Virus record (IMG/VR): IMGVR_UViG_3300016476_001599
Coordinates: 54,847-118,846 of that record
DNA from: a virus
Direction: 5' to 3' (one strand)
DNA length: 64,000 nt
The notes under the pieces are model-generated. The model did not search any database. It had not been told where the DNA came from and saw only the letters and a program-made list of their open reading frames with translations. Each line of letters starts with the position of its first letter. Positions within the stretch are counted from its first letter, which is position 1. This document shows positions 55,328-64,000 of this stretch, piece by piece. A program made the translations under genes and the position numbers.

Positions 55328-56200
55328 ATGGTGAACATTGATGAAGAGACAAAGTCAAAACTAAAGGCGAAGGCGAAGGCAAAGGCAAAGAAAAAGACAG
55401 AGAGGGTTTTAACAACTAAGGCTGAAAGAGCTTTAGCGGAGAGCATTGGTTTCAGAGGCAAATATCTTTCTAAGTTGCTACAGGAAGCCGCAAAGTACTG
55501 TAAGTTTCAAGGCGGGCAATGCCTCCCCGATGCCGCCAGCTACTTGCGTGAAATAGCTAGGCAGCACGCTGTGGAGGTGAAACAGCAGTGGGGAATGTCT
55601 GTTCGACAGTACAAACTGTTGCAAAAGAAAGCAAAGTGGCTTCTCCAATCGTTTTCGACCGGTTATTCGATGGGGGAGCTGCGGCGGCTTGTTGTCGACG
55701 GAAAGGATTTCTGCATTGATGACAACCGAAAATACTATTCGAAAAGTTACCGGTACTCGGAAAAGCATGGTGAAATTACTGTTCAGCTCACGCTGCAAGA
55801 CTTGAAAAAGATTAAGCGGATTGAAGGCGTCTGGACGGTTCGCCGCAAGGGGACGGCTGCAAGTTGGCTTGAGTCTCGCGGGTCACTCAGTAAACACCAG
55901 GTCACCATGGTCGACGGCCATTTGGTTGGCACATCGCACGGCAAAACCGTTGCAGAGTGTCACGGACTTGAAGCAGGAAAAGCTATTCGCAATGACGCGG
56001 GAGAGGTCAAATTTCTCAACCGATTCATTGGGTTTGCCGATCGAAAGCTCGCAGGAGCTTGCGAAGTCGGCGTACGAGCCTTTTGTGATCGACACAATTT
56101 GAACATCAATTTCGGATACCGGATCGATTTCTTATTGAGTCTTAACGACAACATTGCAGTACCTTACCTTGATCGCTTGGCGAAGAAGCTGCAGCGATAG
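55328..56200 (+). CDS. basic hypothetical protein
   Basis: AAAGGA RBS; C-terminal AGACEVGVRAFCDRH motif. Confidence 0.75.
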   Translation: MVNIDEETKSKLKAKAKAKAKKKTERVLTTKAERALAESIGFRGKYLSKLLQEAAKYCKFQGGQCLPDAASYLREIARQHAVEVKQQWGMSVRQYKLLQKKAKWLLQSFSTGYSMGELRRLVVDGKDFCIDDNRKYYSKSYRYSEKHGEITVQLTLQDLKKIKRIEGVWTVRRKGTAASWLESRGSLSKHQVTMVDGHLVGTSHGKTVAECHGLEAGKAIRNDAGEVKFLNRFIGFADRKLAGACEVGVRAFCDRHNLNINFGYRIDFLLSLNDNIAVPYLDRLAKKLQR

Positions 56201-56238
56201 GTAGGTTTTTCGATGTAGTTTTCACCTTGGAGCATAAC

Positions 56239-56610
56239 ATGGCCTCATGTCCAATCATCAAGTTAGATGTCAAGCCGCGACAGCAGAAGACCGGAGAAAC
56301 TCGCGAGCAATACCTCAAGCGAGCTCTTAGGTTCTGTCGCACCGCGAGGGACAAGCTGTTTGCCACTGGCGAATACCGATATTGCCACGTGTCTTTCATG
56401 ATTCGCGATACGTTGCTGGCCGTCGAATCGGCGTTTCCCGACTTGGGTACGTTCGGGGTCGAAGGCTTCGAAGCCGGGCGTAACTCTCGCTCGCCCGAGA
56501 TATCGTATCTCAACACCGGCGACCCTTACGATAGCACCCTCCTGTACGTCAATGGCCGATACCGGATCGGCTGTTGGGGCGATTACGTCGAGCGTGGAAA
56601 CTATTCCTAG
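56239..56610 (+). CDS. hypothetical phage protein
   Basis: GGAG RBS; GTFGVE...YLNTGDPYDSTL...CWGDYVE. Confidence 0.75.
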   Translation: MASCPIIKLDVKPRQQKTGETREQYLKRALRFCRTARDKLFATGEYRYCHVSFMIRDTLLAVESAFPDLGTFGVEGFEAGRNSRSPEISYLNTGDPYDSTLLYVNGRYRIGCWGDYVERGNYS

Positions 56611-56633
56611 TCTTTTGTTTTTGGGGTTTTTGA

Positions 56634-56888
56634 ATGCTAAAAGTTACGGCCAGCGACATTGAATTTGTTTTAGAAAATTTTGACGATAGTTTTCGTTGCG
56701 TTGATCCGCCTAGCGAGGTTAGGGCTAGGTTGTGCAGAATAGCCCATACGGGGCATATTCGCCAAGAGTGGGGCCATAAAAGGGGGGATGTTTGGGTCGC
56801 AAGCGGTGTTTTTTCGCGTGCGATAGCCTCAAGGCGATTATCGGCAATATTACAATCTCCGATTGTTGCGATTTCTTCCAGTAGATGA
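56634..56888 (+). CDS. hypothetical protein
   Basis: ORF in the array. Confidence 0.5.
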   Translation: MLKVTASDIEFVLENFDDSFRCVDPPSEVRARLCRIAHTGHIRQEWGHKRGDVWVASGVFSRAIASRRLSAILQSPIVAISSSR

Positions 56889-56985
56889 GTTCACTTTGGC
56901 TAAGTTTAAACTGCAGCACTTGTTGCCAGGTTTGGTTGCGGAATTTAGATTGCTTTTGAAGTCACTTTAATTTTGGGTTTCAATT

Positions 56986-57279
56986 ATGGGTTTCGACAGG
57001 CATGTTTACACGGTTGAACTTAGAAATTCCATCGCAGGAGTGCGAGTCATCGCGTGGAGACGCAAGAATCGCATAAGACAAGCCTTCGGGCCTCTTTTTC
57101 CTTACCATTTGGCGATGTACCTTAGCCTAATCCCAACACAAAACGGGTTTACAAACAAGTTGTACGACTTTTCGTCTGAGGACTTAGATAAACTCGAAGC
57201 TAGTCCAAATAATGGAATTTGTCGCGTCTACAGAAAAAGGGCTAGCGTTTTCGTAACCGTAGATTTATCCAAGGTATAG
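56986..57279 (+). CDS. hypothetical protein
   Basis: Shares its first 15 nt with 57370. Confidence 0.55.
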   Translation: MGFDRHVYTVELRNSIAGVRVIAWRRKNRIRQAFGPLFPYHLAMYLSLIPTQNGFTNKLYDFSSEDLDKLEASPNNGICRVYRKRASVFVTVDLSKV

Positions 57280-57369
57280 AACGCGAGGACGGCCCCAATT
57301 TGGGGCCGTAAGCGTCACCCGGTCGTCGGGTCTGGTTCCAAGTCCAGTTCATTTTCAGGAGAGTTTGCC

Positions 57370-57594
57370 ATGGGTTTCGACAGGGATTTTGAGCATAGAG
57401 AATTTGAGGTGGCCTGCGAGCGCGAGGCGCATCGATTGCTTGTGGCCGAAAAGTGGGCTGGGGTGAACTCTAGCAATACCGCTAGGGAATTCGAGCGAGG
57501 GCGCGCCGATAGAGTCGCAGGCGAACCCTGCCGATCTGCAAACGGGGCCTATCTTGACGGCTGGTATTCTATTTCCAATCCAAAGCAAAAATAG
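57370..57594 (+). CDS. hypothetical protein
   Basis: AGGAGAG RBS; FERG...AYLDGWY. Confidence 0.7.
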   Translation: MGFDRDFEHREFEVACEREAHRLLVAEKWAGVNSSNTAREFERGRADRVAGEPCRSANGAYLDGWYSISNPKQK

Positions 57595-57605
57595 GGGGTT
57601 TTATC

Positions 57606-57956
57606 GTGGCGAATTTCAAATTGCAGCACTTGTTGCCTGAACTGGTCGAGGACTTCCGGGTCGTGCTTAGTGCGTACTGTTTGCCCGAGGACATCTCCGA
57701 AGTTATTGCGGAGATGTCCATTCCACGAGCGTTTGAAATTTTGAACGTCGTAAGCCGCAATCGCGCTTACGACGACAGCCACCCGGCTTTTGTTTCCGGA
57801 CGGTGGCGAAGAGTCCTACCTTTCGACGGTCGAAAGTATTGTTTCTATTACGTTGACAACGCGACCGACAATCACGTTCGCACCTTGTTGAAATACGTCA
57901 TTAAGGAGTTGCAAACCAAAAACGAGGCACCGGTTGCGAATACGGAACGCGATTAG
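57606..57956 (+). CDS. hypothetical protein
   Basis: GGGGG RBS, GTG start. Confidence 0.65.
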   Translation: MANFKLQHLLPELVEDFRVVLSAYCLPEDISEVIAEMSIPRAFEILNVVSRNRAYDDSHPAFVSGRWRRVLPFDGRKYCFYYVDNATDNHVRTLLKYVIKELQTKNEAPVANTERD

Positions 57957-57985
57957 TTTCAGGTTTTTACCTTGAAAGGAAAAGC

Positions 57986-58207
57986 ATGGGAAAATGCAAA
58001 AATTGTGTTTTTTGGGACGGGCAAGAGTGTGATTCGGTCAATAGAGGAGATGAGGGTTTCGGGTGGCGTCAAAACCCGCTGATATAGTTTGAAATTGAAG
58101 CAACGGCTTCAGACGATACCAACCTGCAAACCAGAATGCTGACAGGGCCGGAATTCGGTTGTGTCAGGTTCAAAGAAAAAGAAGGTAGCCATGAAAAAGA
58201 AAGCTAA
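57986..58207 (+). pseudogene. Cys-rich small phage protein interrupted by an in-frame TAG at 58085-58087
   Basis: AAAGGA RBS; MGKCKNCVFW...NPLI*FEIEATASDD...TGPEFGCVRF in one frame. Confidence 0.6.
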
Positions 58208-58607
58208 AGAGACGAAGAGTGATTCCCGCCAAGTTCGTAGGAAGCGGAGAACGTTTGAGGAAAAGCAACAGTGGGTTCTCGACAGGCTTGAGAAAGCTTG
58301 GGAGTTGACTCTTAGAACTACGATTTCGGGTCACTACGCCCCGTCGATTTCACCTGGCGATGAGGAAGATGAGGACGCATGGCATCGGGAATTCGGTGGC
58401 TACAGACAGTACTATCTCATGGGCAATCACGTCTCTCCCGACTTTGCAAGGACGCTTCGTAGGATGTGGGAAAACGGAATTTTGTTGCGTTCCATAGTAG
58501 GAAACCAAGGCGCGAGAGATGGAGGTTACGCCATGAAGACCTACGGTGTGCACTACCTATCCAAAAAGCATTCCTTGGCCGCGAAGCTGTTGCGAGAGAA
58601 AACTTAG
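58191..58607 (+). CDS. hypothetical protein, possibly winged-helix-like
   Basis: GAAGG RBS; FARTLRRMWENGILLR. Confidence 0.6.
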   Translation: MKKKAKETKSDSRQVRRKRRTFEEKQQWVLDRLEKAWELTLRTTISGHYAPSISPGDEEDEDAWHREFGGYRQYYLMGNHVSPDFARTLRRMWENGILLRSIVGNQGARDGGYAMKTYGVHYLSKKHSLAAKLLREKT

Positions 58608-58668
58608 CGATTAAGCCCCCTCTCGCCGGGACAGGCTCCGGCATTTTCAAATCTCTAAGGTTGCAACA

Positions 58669-58938
58669 ATGAAAAGCTACGTTTTGGAAATTGCAGACAG
58701 CGGCGAAGTTTGCGAAGGTAACTTCGGCAGCGAGGTCGATGCGGTTCTTTGGGCTGAAGCAGTCCTTGCGACTCGTGGGCACAACCGCGAAAAAATCGCT
58801 ACCGGCGGCTGGGACGCGAAAGGTCAAAACGATGACGGCGAACAATGCTACCGTATGTTGTTTTGGGCCAACAAGAATGACGCCGAAAACGACGCAGGTG
58901 CGAATTCTATTGCCCAACTTTGCAAGGTTGGATGGTAA
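58669..58938 (+). CDS. hypothetical protein
   Basis: AAGG RBS. Confidence 0.65.
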   Translation: MKSYVLEIADSGEVCEGNFGSEVDAVLWAEAVLATRGHNREKIATGGWDAKGQNDDGEQCYRMLFWANKNDAENDAGANSIAQLCKVGW

Positions 58939-58957
58939 GCATGGCAGAAAGGCAAGC

Positions 58958-59311
58958 ATGTTAAATGTAGGCATTACATGGCTCGTGACATTGCCGCAAG
59001 GCGGTCGCGAGTTAATTCACGCAGACACACCAGGCGAAGCTCGACGTGTCTTTAACGAAAGGTACGGCAAATTGCCTTCCACGTTACGACTTTTTTCAGG
59101 CTTCCCTCGCCTCTATGAGTTTGACCTGGTTTTCGGCGAAACAGTTTTTAGCCGTGATTTGTTTCCAGCGTTTAACTCGAACGCGTGGGTCCGTATCAAG
59201 AGTCGGCACCATTTAGATGAGTATCTTTGTACTGTTTTAGAGGCTGCCGTGTTTGTCCCTCCGTTCCGTGTAACACCGGCAAGTCCGGGACAATGGCGAA
59301 TGGAAGACTGA
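58958..59311 (+). CDS. hypothetical protein
   Basis: AAAGG RBS. Confidence 0.6.
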   Translation: MLNVGITWLVTLPQGGRELIHADTPGEARRVFNERYGKLPSTLRLFSGFPRLYEFDLVFGETVFSRDLFPAFNSNAWVRIKSRHHLDEYLCTVLEAAVFVPPFRVTPASPGQWRMED

Positions 59312-59401
59312 ACAATAGAAGTCCTTAGCATCAGGACTAGGGTAAGTACGATTTTTCCGTTGAGTTCGTTCCCGAGTTTTCTACGAAAGGTAGATAGTAG
59401 C

Positions 59402-59833
59402 ATGAGTAACGCAGCACAAACTTTGTCAGTTCGTGGGTTAAAATGGGTCTCCATCCTTGACAAAAAGCATGGTGGACTGGAACTCATTCTCAAGGTCTTA
59501 GACCTTGAGAATGAGTTAGCTGAGGCCCGCGAAGCCTTACACAAGGCGAAAGATGCGGCGACCTGCGAAGAGGAAGCCGTAGAATTTCCCGACGCGATTC
59601 AAATCTCGGAGTTTGCTGGCATGGACGGGACACTGCGGAACCCGCCCAACGAAAAAATTTGGATCGAATCGCTTAGTCAGAGGACTAAGCTAGATATTCG
59701 GGCAATTCTCACAGAATTGCCTACCGAGACCGGGCTGTATAGGTTTGTGTTTGTCCACAAGAAAAACCTCAAGCTGCTGTACGTAGCGGCAAAGGTTTGG
59801 GTTGTTCCAGTGCAAGAGGGGGACTGCTCGTGA
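59402..59833 (+). CDS. hypothetical protein
   Basis: AAGGT RBS. Confidence 0.6.
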   Translation: MSNAAQTLSVRGLKWVSILDKKHGGLELILKVLDLENELAEAREALHKAKDAATCEEEAVEFPDAIQISEFAGMDGTLRNPPNEKIWIESLSQRTKLDIRAILTELPTETGLYRFVFVHKKNLKLLYVAAKVWVVPVQEGDCS

Positions 59834-59949
59834 TCGGATACCGGCGTATTTCAAAGAGGCATTTTTATCTAATGGGCGGATTGTCTAATCCGAACTTGTA
59901 TAGAAAAGCAGAACGAGGAATTTGGTCGTACTGGGAGATTATTCGTTAG
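59830..59949 (+). CDS. small hypothetical protein (39 aa, not in the ORF track)
   Basis: GAGGGGG RBS, GTGA overlap; RISKRHFYLMGGLSNPNLYRK. Confidence 0.55.
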   Translation: MIGYRRISKRHFYLMGGLSNPNLYRKAERGIWSYWEIIR

Positions 59950-60127
59950 CATGAAACTACCTGAACCGTACCTGCCGCGCACCATATCGCCACGGCAAGT
60001 CCAGTGGTTCATTTCGCCCGTTCGGGCGATTGAACCAATTCACCTCTTTCGCTCGCGCCAGCAGGCGCGAGCAACAAGCTGGATAGTCTGAATCATTATT
60101 TTTTCTTTCTAGGAGCCTTTAACGATC

Positions 60128-60382
60128 ATGCCTAACGTAGATGGCAGACAGTGGCATTCAGTCCAGGACAGTCTCCCGCCGTTGGCGGGAGACTGCGGCT
60201 ACGGTGCTGAGGAATCGGAAGTCGTTTTAGTCGCATTGAGAAACGGCAGCATGTTTACCGCTAGGCTTCGCGATGGTTACGACGATGATGAACCCTCGCG
60301 ATGGGTGCTTTGCGGTCGGGATGGGTACATCGCAGACGATGTGACCCACTGGCAGCGGCTTCCGGATTTGCCGGAAGCCTAA
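60128..60382 (+). CDS. DUF551 domain protein
   Basis: WHSVQDSLP...VLVA...VTHWQRLPDLP. Confidence 0.85.
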   Translation: MPNVDGRQWHSVQDSLPPLAGDCGYGAEESEVVLVALRNGSMFTARLRDGYDDDEPSRWVLCGRDGYIADDVTHWQRLPDLPEA

Positions 60383-60463
60383 AACGGCTCGAACCAAACA
60401 ATAGAAGTTCGTTCAATTGGCTACTCTTCAGCTATTATTTTCACATTGAAAAGGAAAGTTTAA

Positions 60464-61126
60464 GTGTCAAACCTCGGAAAAAAAGAAGAAGAAGCTATAC
60501 GCGAAAAGCTTAGCAAAATGATTTTGTGCGCTGGCATCGGCAACGAAGATTCCGCCTGCTCTCTAGCCGCGATTAACTTGGCTTTGAGCGGTAGACTTAC
60601 GGACGACATACCGGACTGCATGTCGGAGGCTATCGGATCGTGGATCATCAGGGTTCAAGACGAAATGCCCGCAGATATGCGGAACAGTGTGCAGTGGAAG
60701 GCGTTGCTGCCGTATGCCGCCGGAACAGGCAGGCAGTACGAAAAAGAAAGAGTGGCGTTGATGTTGGACTGGATGTGGTGCAAGGTGGTTCCCACTTTGA
60801 ATCCTTACGCCGATCGAAACAATTTCCTCGCGGAGTGGGACGCTGTGAGAAGTCTAAAAAGCGTCGACGCAGTGAATCGCGCGTTATATGCTTCTAAAAA
60901 GAAAGAAGATCACGTTTTCCATGACATTTGTATTGCAATGCTCAACGCTATTCTTGCTGCGAATAACCCGTCTCTTACGGGGTATGAAGTTGCCTCAGTC
61001 GCAGCGTTTACTTGCTTGCTTGGAGTTACGTGGGAAACGTTTGAACCGTGCAAGTTACTGGAAAATTTGATTAACGTTGACCCGTCGTTTTATGCTGACG
61101 GGGAAGCCGCGTCACCTGCGACCTAA
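60464..61126 (+). CDS. hypothetical phage protein
   Basis: AAGGA RBS; CSLAAINL...DCMS...QDEMP...AGT. Confidence 0.7.
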   Translation: MSNLGKKEEEAIREKLSKMILCAGIGNEDSACSLAAINLALSGRLTDDIPDCMSEAIGSWIIRVQDEMPADMRNSVQWKALLPYAAGTGRQYEKERVALMLDWMWCKVVPTLNPYADRNNFLAEWDAVRSLKSVDAVNRALYASKKKEDHVFHDICIAMLNAILAANNPSLTGYEVASVAAFTCLLGVTWETFEPCKLLENLINVDPSFYADGEAASPAT

Positions 61127-61152
61127 AAGCGGTTTTAAACTAGGAGTAACAT

Positions 61153-61389
61153 TTGAACGCAATAGAGAGTCGTGAGATTTCCGCCAGCGTATGGGGCGCA
61201 AAGTTGTACGGGTCTGGTTTCTTGGTTCGTTGGTTGAAAAAAGGCGATCGTTTCACGTGGCCTTTAGATAAGAAAGACAGCCCGCAGGTGTACGTGTATA
61301 GGGGACGAGGCTGGTATAGTCGAGAAGGTGATCAGTCTTGTTTTCGTACAGGTGTGTTTTGTTGTTGCAACAAGTTGGAGGATAAATGA
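61153..61389 (+). CDS. hypothetical protein
   Basis: AGGAG RBS. Confidence 0.6.
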   Translation: MNAIESREISASVWGAKLYGSGFLVRWLKKGDRFTWPLDKKDSPQVYVYRGRGWYSREGDQSCFRTGVFCCCNKLEDK

Positions 61390-61395
61390 GGATAA

Positions 61396-61605
61396 ATGAG
61401 CAAAAAAGACTTACCTATGTTTCAGCAGAATCGTTACTACACGCACGAGCGCAATGGCATGTTTTATGTTGTTCGTTTCTTCCGTGGTAGCAACTGTGCT
61501 TTTACCGCTGGTTTTTCAAGCGAAGATGCTCGGCGTACCTGGGTGGAAGCGAACTGCTTAGGTTTCGTTCCGGTCAAGGCCGAGCATAACAATCATAGTA
61601 CTTAA
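61396..61605 (+). CDS. hypothetical protein
   Basis: GAGG RBS. Confidence 0.6.
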   Translation: MSKKDLPMFQQNRYYTHERNGMFYVVRFFRGSNCAFTAGFSSEDARRTWVEANCLGFVPVKAEHNNHST

Positions 61606-61609
61606 CACG

Positions 61610-62263
61610 TTGGAGGCATTCGTGACGCTTACAATAACTGAATCCCTTTTAAACCGGCTTAGCGAACGCATTCAAGAGGACTTGCTGTGTTTGCTAGACG
61701 GGTTTGGCGTACAGTCGGCAGAGCTCGACCGACTTAAAACGTTGGCTTGCCAGGTCGTTGTTGGTCGTGTAAATGAAACAAAAGCGACACAATCTGAGTT
61801 GAATGCAAGCGACAACCAGCTGCTTCAACGGTTATCGCAGTTAGAGGAGCACGTCGCAAAGCTGAAAGAAAGGCCAGTGACGGACAAAAAGAAAAGTAAG
61901 AAAAAGCGTTGTAAACGCGACGCGGGCGGTACCCCTGCCGAAAAAAGCTTGGGAGCTTACAGCGCCGAAGAGGTTCGAGAAATGCTTATTGGGCATTTCA
62001 TAGGTTTGATTGATGATTTAGAGTCACAGCAAGACACGCGAAAGGCCTTGGAAGGTCTGATCTTCAGGATACTCTGCGTCTTTGACGGTGTTATTGCGGC
62101 TTTCCCTGCGTTCAACATTGTTCCTTCTCCGCACCCCCGCGATAAAGCTTACCTTGAAAGCTGTGGAGAAAAATGGTTCAAAGGGGACGACGCGATTAAC
62201 GATTGCGAGCTGCGACATTTTTTCCTTGAAAGGCTTAGAGCTAGAAAGCCGAGAGAAACTTGA
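61610..62263 (+). CDS. hypothetical two-module protein
   Basis: C-terminal EGLIFRILCVFDG...PHPRDKAY module. Confidence 0.65.
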   Translation: MEAFVTLTITESLLNRLSERIQEDLLCLLDGFGVQSAELDRLKTLACQVVVGRVNETKATQSELNASDNQLLQRLSQLEEHVAKLKERPVTDKKKSKKKRCKRDAGGTPAEKSLGAYSAEEVREMLIGHFIGLIDDLESQQDTRKALEGLIFRILCVFDGVIAAFPAFNIVPSPHPRDKAYLESCGEKWFKGDDAINDCELRHFFLERLRARKPRET

Positions 62264-62613
62264 TGCGAGAGTCAGGCAACGAAATCCTACGGATACGCAG
62301 GTGTTGGAACGCGGGTGATACATTAAGCGAAGCTTCAAAAAGGATGCGAAAGCTGGGTTTCACGGATACGAGACTGCTTATCACCGAGTGGCGCAAAATG
62401 AAAAAGCTGTTCAGATGTCGTAGTGCGCCTGCCTGGTACGTCAACGGTTGGAGGGAGCCGTCCAAAGCTCCAGTTTACGCTGAAGCGAAACTGTCAGCAC
62501 TCGTTGGCCCGCCTGGCCTTTACGGTTCGGGGACTTACGGAGATTGGGCGGGCATCACTGGCCCTGGCAAGCGGTTGCGGGAAATTTTAAAGGGAGACGG
62601 AAATGCAAGTTGA
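62260..62613 (+). CDS. hypothetical protein
   Basis: Coupled ORF. Confidence 0.55.
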   Translation: MMRESGNEILRIRRCWNAGDTLSEASKRMRKLGFTDTRLLITEWRKMKKLFRCRSAPAWYVNGWREPSKAPVYAEAKLSALVGPPGLYGSGTYGDWAGITGPGKRLREILKGDGNAS

Positions 62614-62908
62614 AGCGGGTTACGTTGGCCGAATGTTTGCAGCAGGTGAAACTGTTCTTACGCTCTCAGGACGCAAGACCTCGCCGTTTCCGAAAACTAC
62701 ACCGCGTACGCGGAATAAAGCCGACAAGTGGTTGCTGCAGAACGCTTACGACGAAGCCGTTGCACGCGGCGACGATTTTAACGCGGTTGTTTTCAAGCGT
62801 GATTTGGAATGCAAAAACGTTCCGCAGGCTAGCAAGGATTCGGCGGAAATGTATCTTTTTGAGTGGCAGACTGCGGTTAAACGGTCAATACTCAAAACCA
62901 TGGGTTAG
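62603..62908 (+). CDS. hypothetical phage protein
   Basis: GGGAG RBS; TLSGRKTSPFP...QASKDSAEMYLF. Confidence 0.7.
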   Translation: MQVEAGYVGRMFAAGETVLTLSGRKTSPFPKTTPRTRNKADKWLLQNAYDEAVARGDDFNAVVFKRDLECKNVPQASKDSAEMYLFEWQTAVKRSILKTMG

Positions 62909-62976
62909 CTTTAACGCGAGTGGGCGAGATTCGAAGCGCTAAAAAGGACCTGGGGCTTTAGCCTCGATCTGTGAAC

Positions 62977-63024
62977 AAGCTTTCCGCGACTGCCCGGGCT
63001 TAAGTCGCGGAAAGCTTTTATTTT
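62977..63024 (+). terminator. long stem-loop / intrinsic terminator
   Basis: 15-bp perfect stem AAGCTTTCCGCGACT / AGTCGCGGAAAGCTT then TTATTTT. Confidence 0.75.
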
Positions 63025-63052
63025 CAATGTTGTAGTTTTGAAGGAAATAACG

Positions 63053-63985
63053 ATGTCAAATGAAATGCAGGGCAAAAGCGAAACGAGCGAAACCAAGGAT
63101 GAACGCCAGGGACCGGCGTCGCCTGGCGACGGTTACCGCTTCCTTGGGCCTAAGGAACTTGTTGTCGAAGGTGACGAGTTTTGGAATGCCGTGTGCGGGT
63201 GGGAAGCTTCAGGAAGCTATATCTTTGAGGAAAGGACACAATCGACTAATTGCAAGTACCGACGTCGAAACGAGTTCAGCGCAGGTGAGTTCGTGAGGAT
63301 TGTAAAGCCTTTAGACGGTTCGCACGGATGGCAAGATTGGATGGACGAACTTGACGGTGAGGTGGTTAAGATCACGCATTCTTCCCAGGACGGATTAGAT
63401 GACGGTGAATCGCATTGGTATCGGCTGGAAGGTTGCTCCCTTCTGGACTTTCGCGGCGACTGGTTAGCCCCTGCTTCCACCTATGAGGCTAAGAAGGTTA
63501 AGGAAGCCAAGGAAGCCGAGAAAGCGGAGGAAGCCAAGAAGGCCGAAGAAGCCAAGAAGGCCGAAGAAGCCAAGAAGGCCGAAGAAGCCCACCAATGCCC
63601 TGCAGAGCCGGGAGACGGTTATCGCTTCCTTGACCCTGAGGAGCTTATCGTCAAAAACGACGAGTTTTGGGATACACATTTCGGTTGGTGTGATGTCTAC
63701 CTCAAGCACCTTGACGGCGGAAAGCAATGCCGCGAGTTCCGATACCGTCGCCGAAAAAAGTTTGAGAACGCAGGCAAGGCGACTGAAGGCGAGGCTACTT
63801 CCCCGTCGCTATCGCTTGCAACAGACACGGTCGAACGTGCGATAACGCCACTGCTTGCGGTAAGCATTTACGCACCATTTACGGTGAAAGACCTCGCTGG
63901 CTTCGTAATGGCCGCGAAAAAAGAAAACGGCAAGCACGTCACCCTCCGGTTGGAGGGTGACTGGCTTCATATCGGTCAAGATTAG
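63053..63985 (+). CDS. modular hypothetical protein (PGDGYRFL module x2, AKKAEE repeat)
   Basis: AAGGA RBS; duplicated PGDGYRFLxPxELxVxxDEFW...YRRR module. Confidence 0.75.
   Translation: MSNEMQGKSETSETKDERQGPASPGDGYRFLGPKELVVEGDEFWNAVCGWEASGSYIFEERTQSTNCKYRRRNEFSAGEFVRIVKPLDGSHGWQDWMDELDGEVVKITHSSQDGLDDGESHWYRLEGCSLLDFRGDWLAPASTYEAKKVKEAKEAEKAEEAKKAEEAKKAEEAKKAEEAHQCPAEPGDGYRFLDPEELIVKNDEFWDTHFGWCDVYLKHLDGGKQCREFRYRRRKKFENAGKATEGEATSPSLSLATDTVERAITPLLAVSIYAPFTVKDLAGFVMAAKKENGKHVTLRLEGDWLHIGQD
63488..63590 (+). repeat. 18-nt coding tandem repeat GCCAAGAAGGCCGAAGAA (AKKAEE)
   Basis: Three perfect units plus degenerate upstream units. Confidence 0.85.
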
Positions 63986-64000
63986 ATGGTAATTGCGGAA

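Noticed and set aside
55362-55392. AAGGCG/AAGGCA hexamer repeat
   Set aside because: It simply encodes KAKAKAKAK low-complexity sequence.
1-64000. CRISPR, TIGR-like or short-period guide array linked to the RAMP gene; tRNA or rRNA genes
   Set aside because: None recognised by eye in this window; a computational scan of the whole genome is still needed.
1-64000. Genome-wide TAG reassignment
   Set aside because: Core genes are intact in code 11 and several end at TAG right before the next gene (for example 5418, 29744, 30283).

Overview
This window reads as part of a large dsDNA bacteriophage (or phage-like element) genome. Genes are densely packed, often translationally coupled, and almost all on the + strand; only one - strand gene looks credible. 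There are three zones. (1) 1-12 kb holds small accessory genes, a pentapeptide-repeat protein, a stand-alone RNA polymerase alpha-CTD homologue and an origin-like inverted-repeat region. (2) 12-44 kb is a replication/recombination core: Mre11/Rad50, SF2 helicase, DnaB-like helicase, primase, a family A DNA polymerase with an N-terminal UDG-like domain, Tmk, RecA-like recombinase, DEDD exonuclease and endonuclease VII, then a putative portal and a glycosyltransferase/methyltransferase cluster. (3) 44-64 kb is small hypothetical genes with signs of duplication, fusion and decay. The best candidate for a new system is at 15580-16987. A degenerate IS110/Nop-like protein and a minimal Cas7/Csm3-like RAMP protein are coupled directly behind Mre11-Rad50 and followed by a structured ~105-nt non-coding element, with no CRISPR array or other cas gene in the window. 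All family calls come from motif recognition by eye; no database searches were run. Several start codons were moved from the ORF track to more plausible RBS-supported starts.
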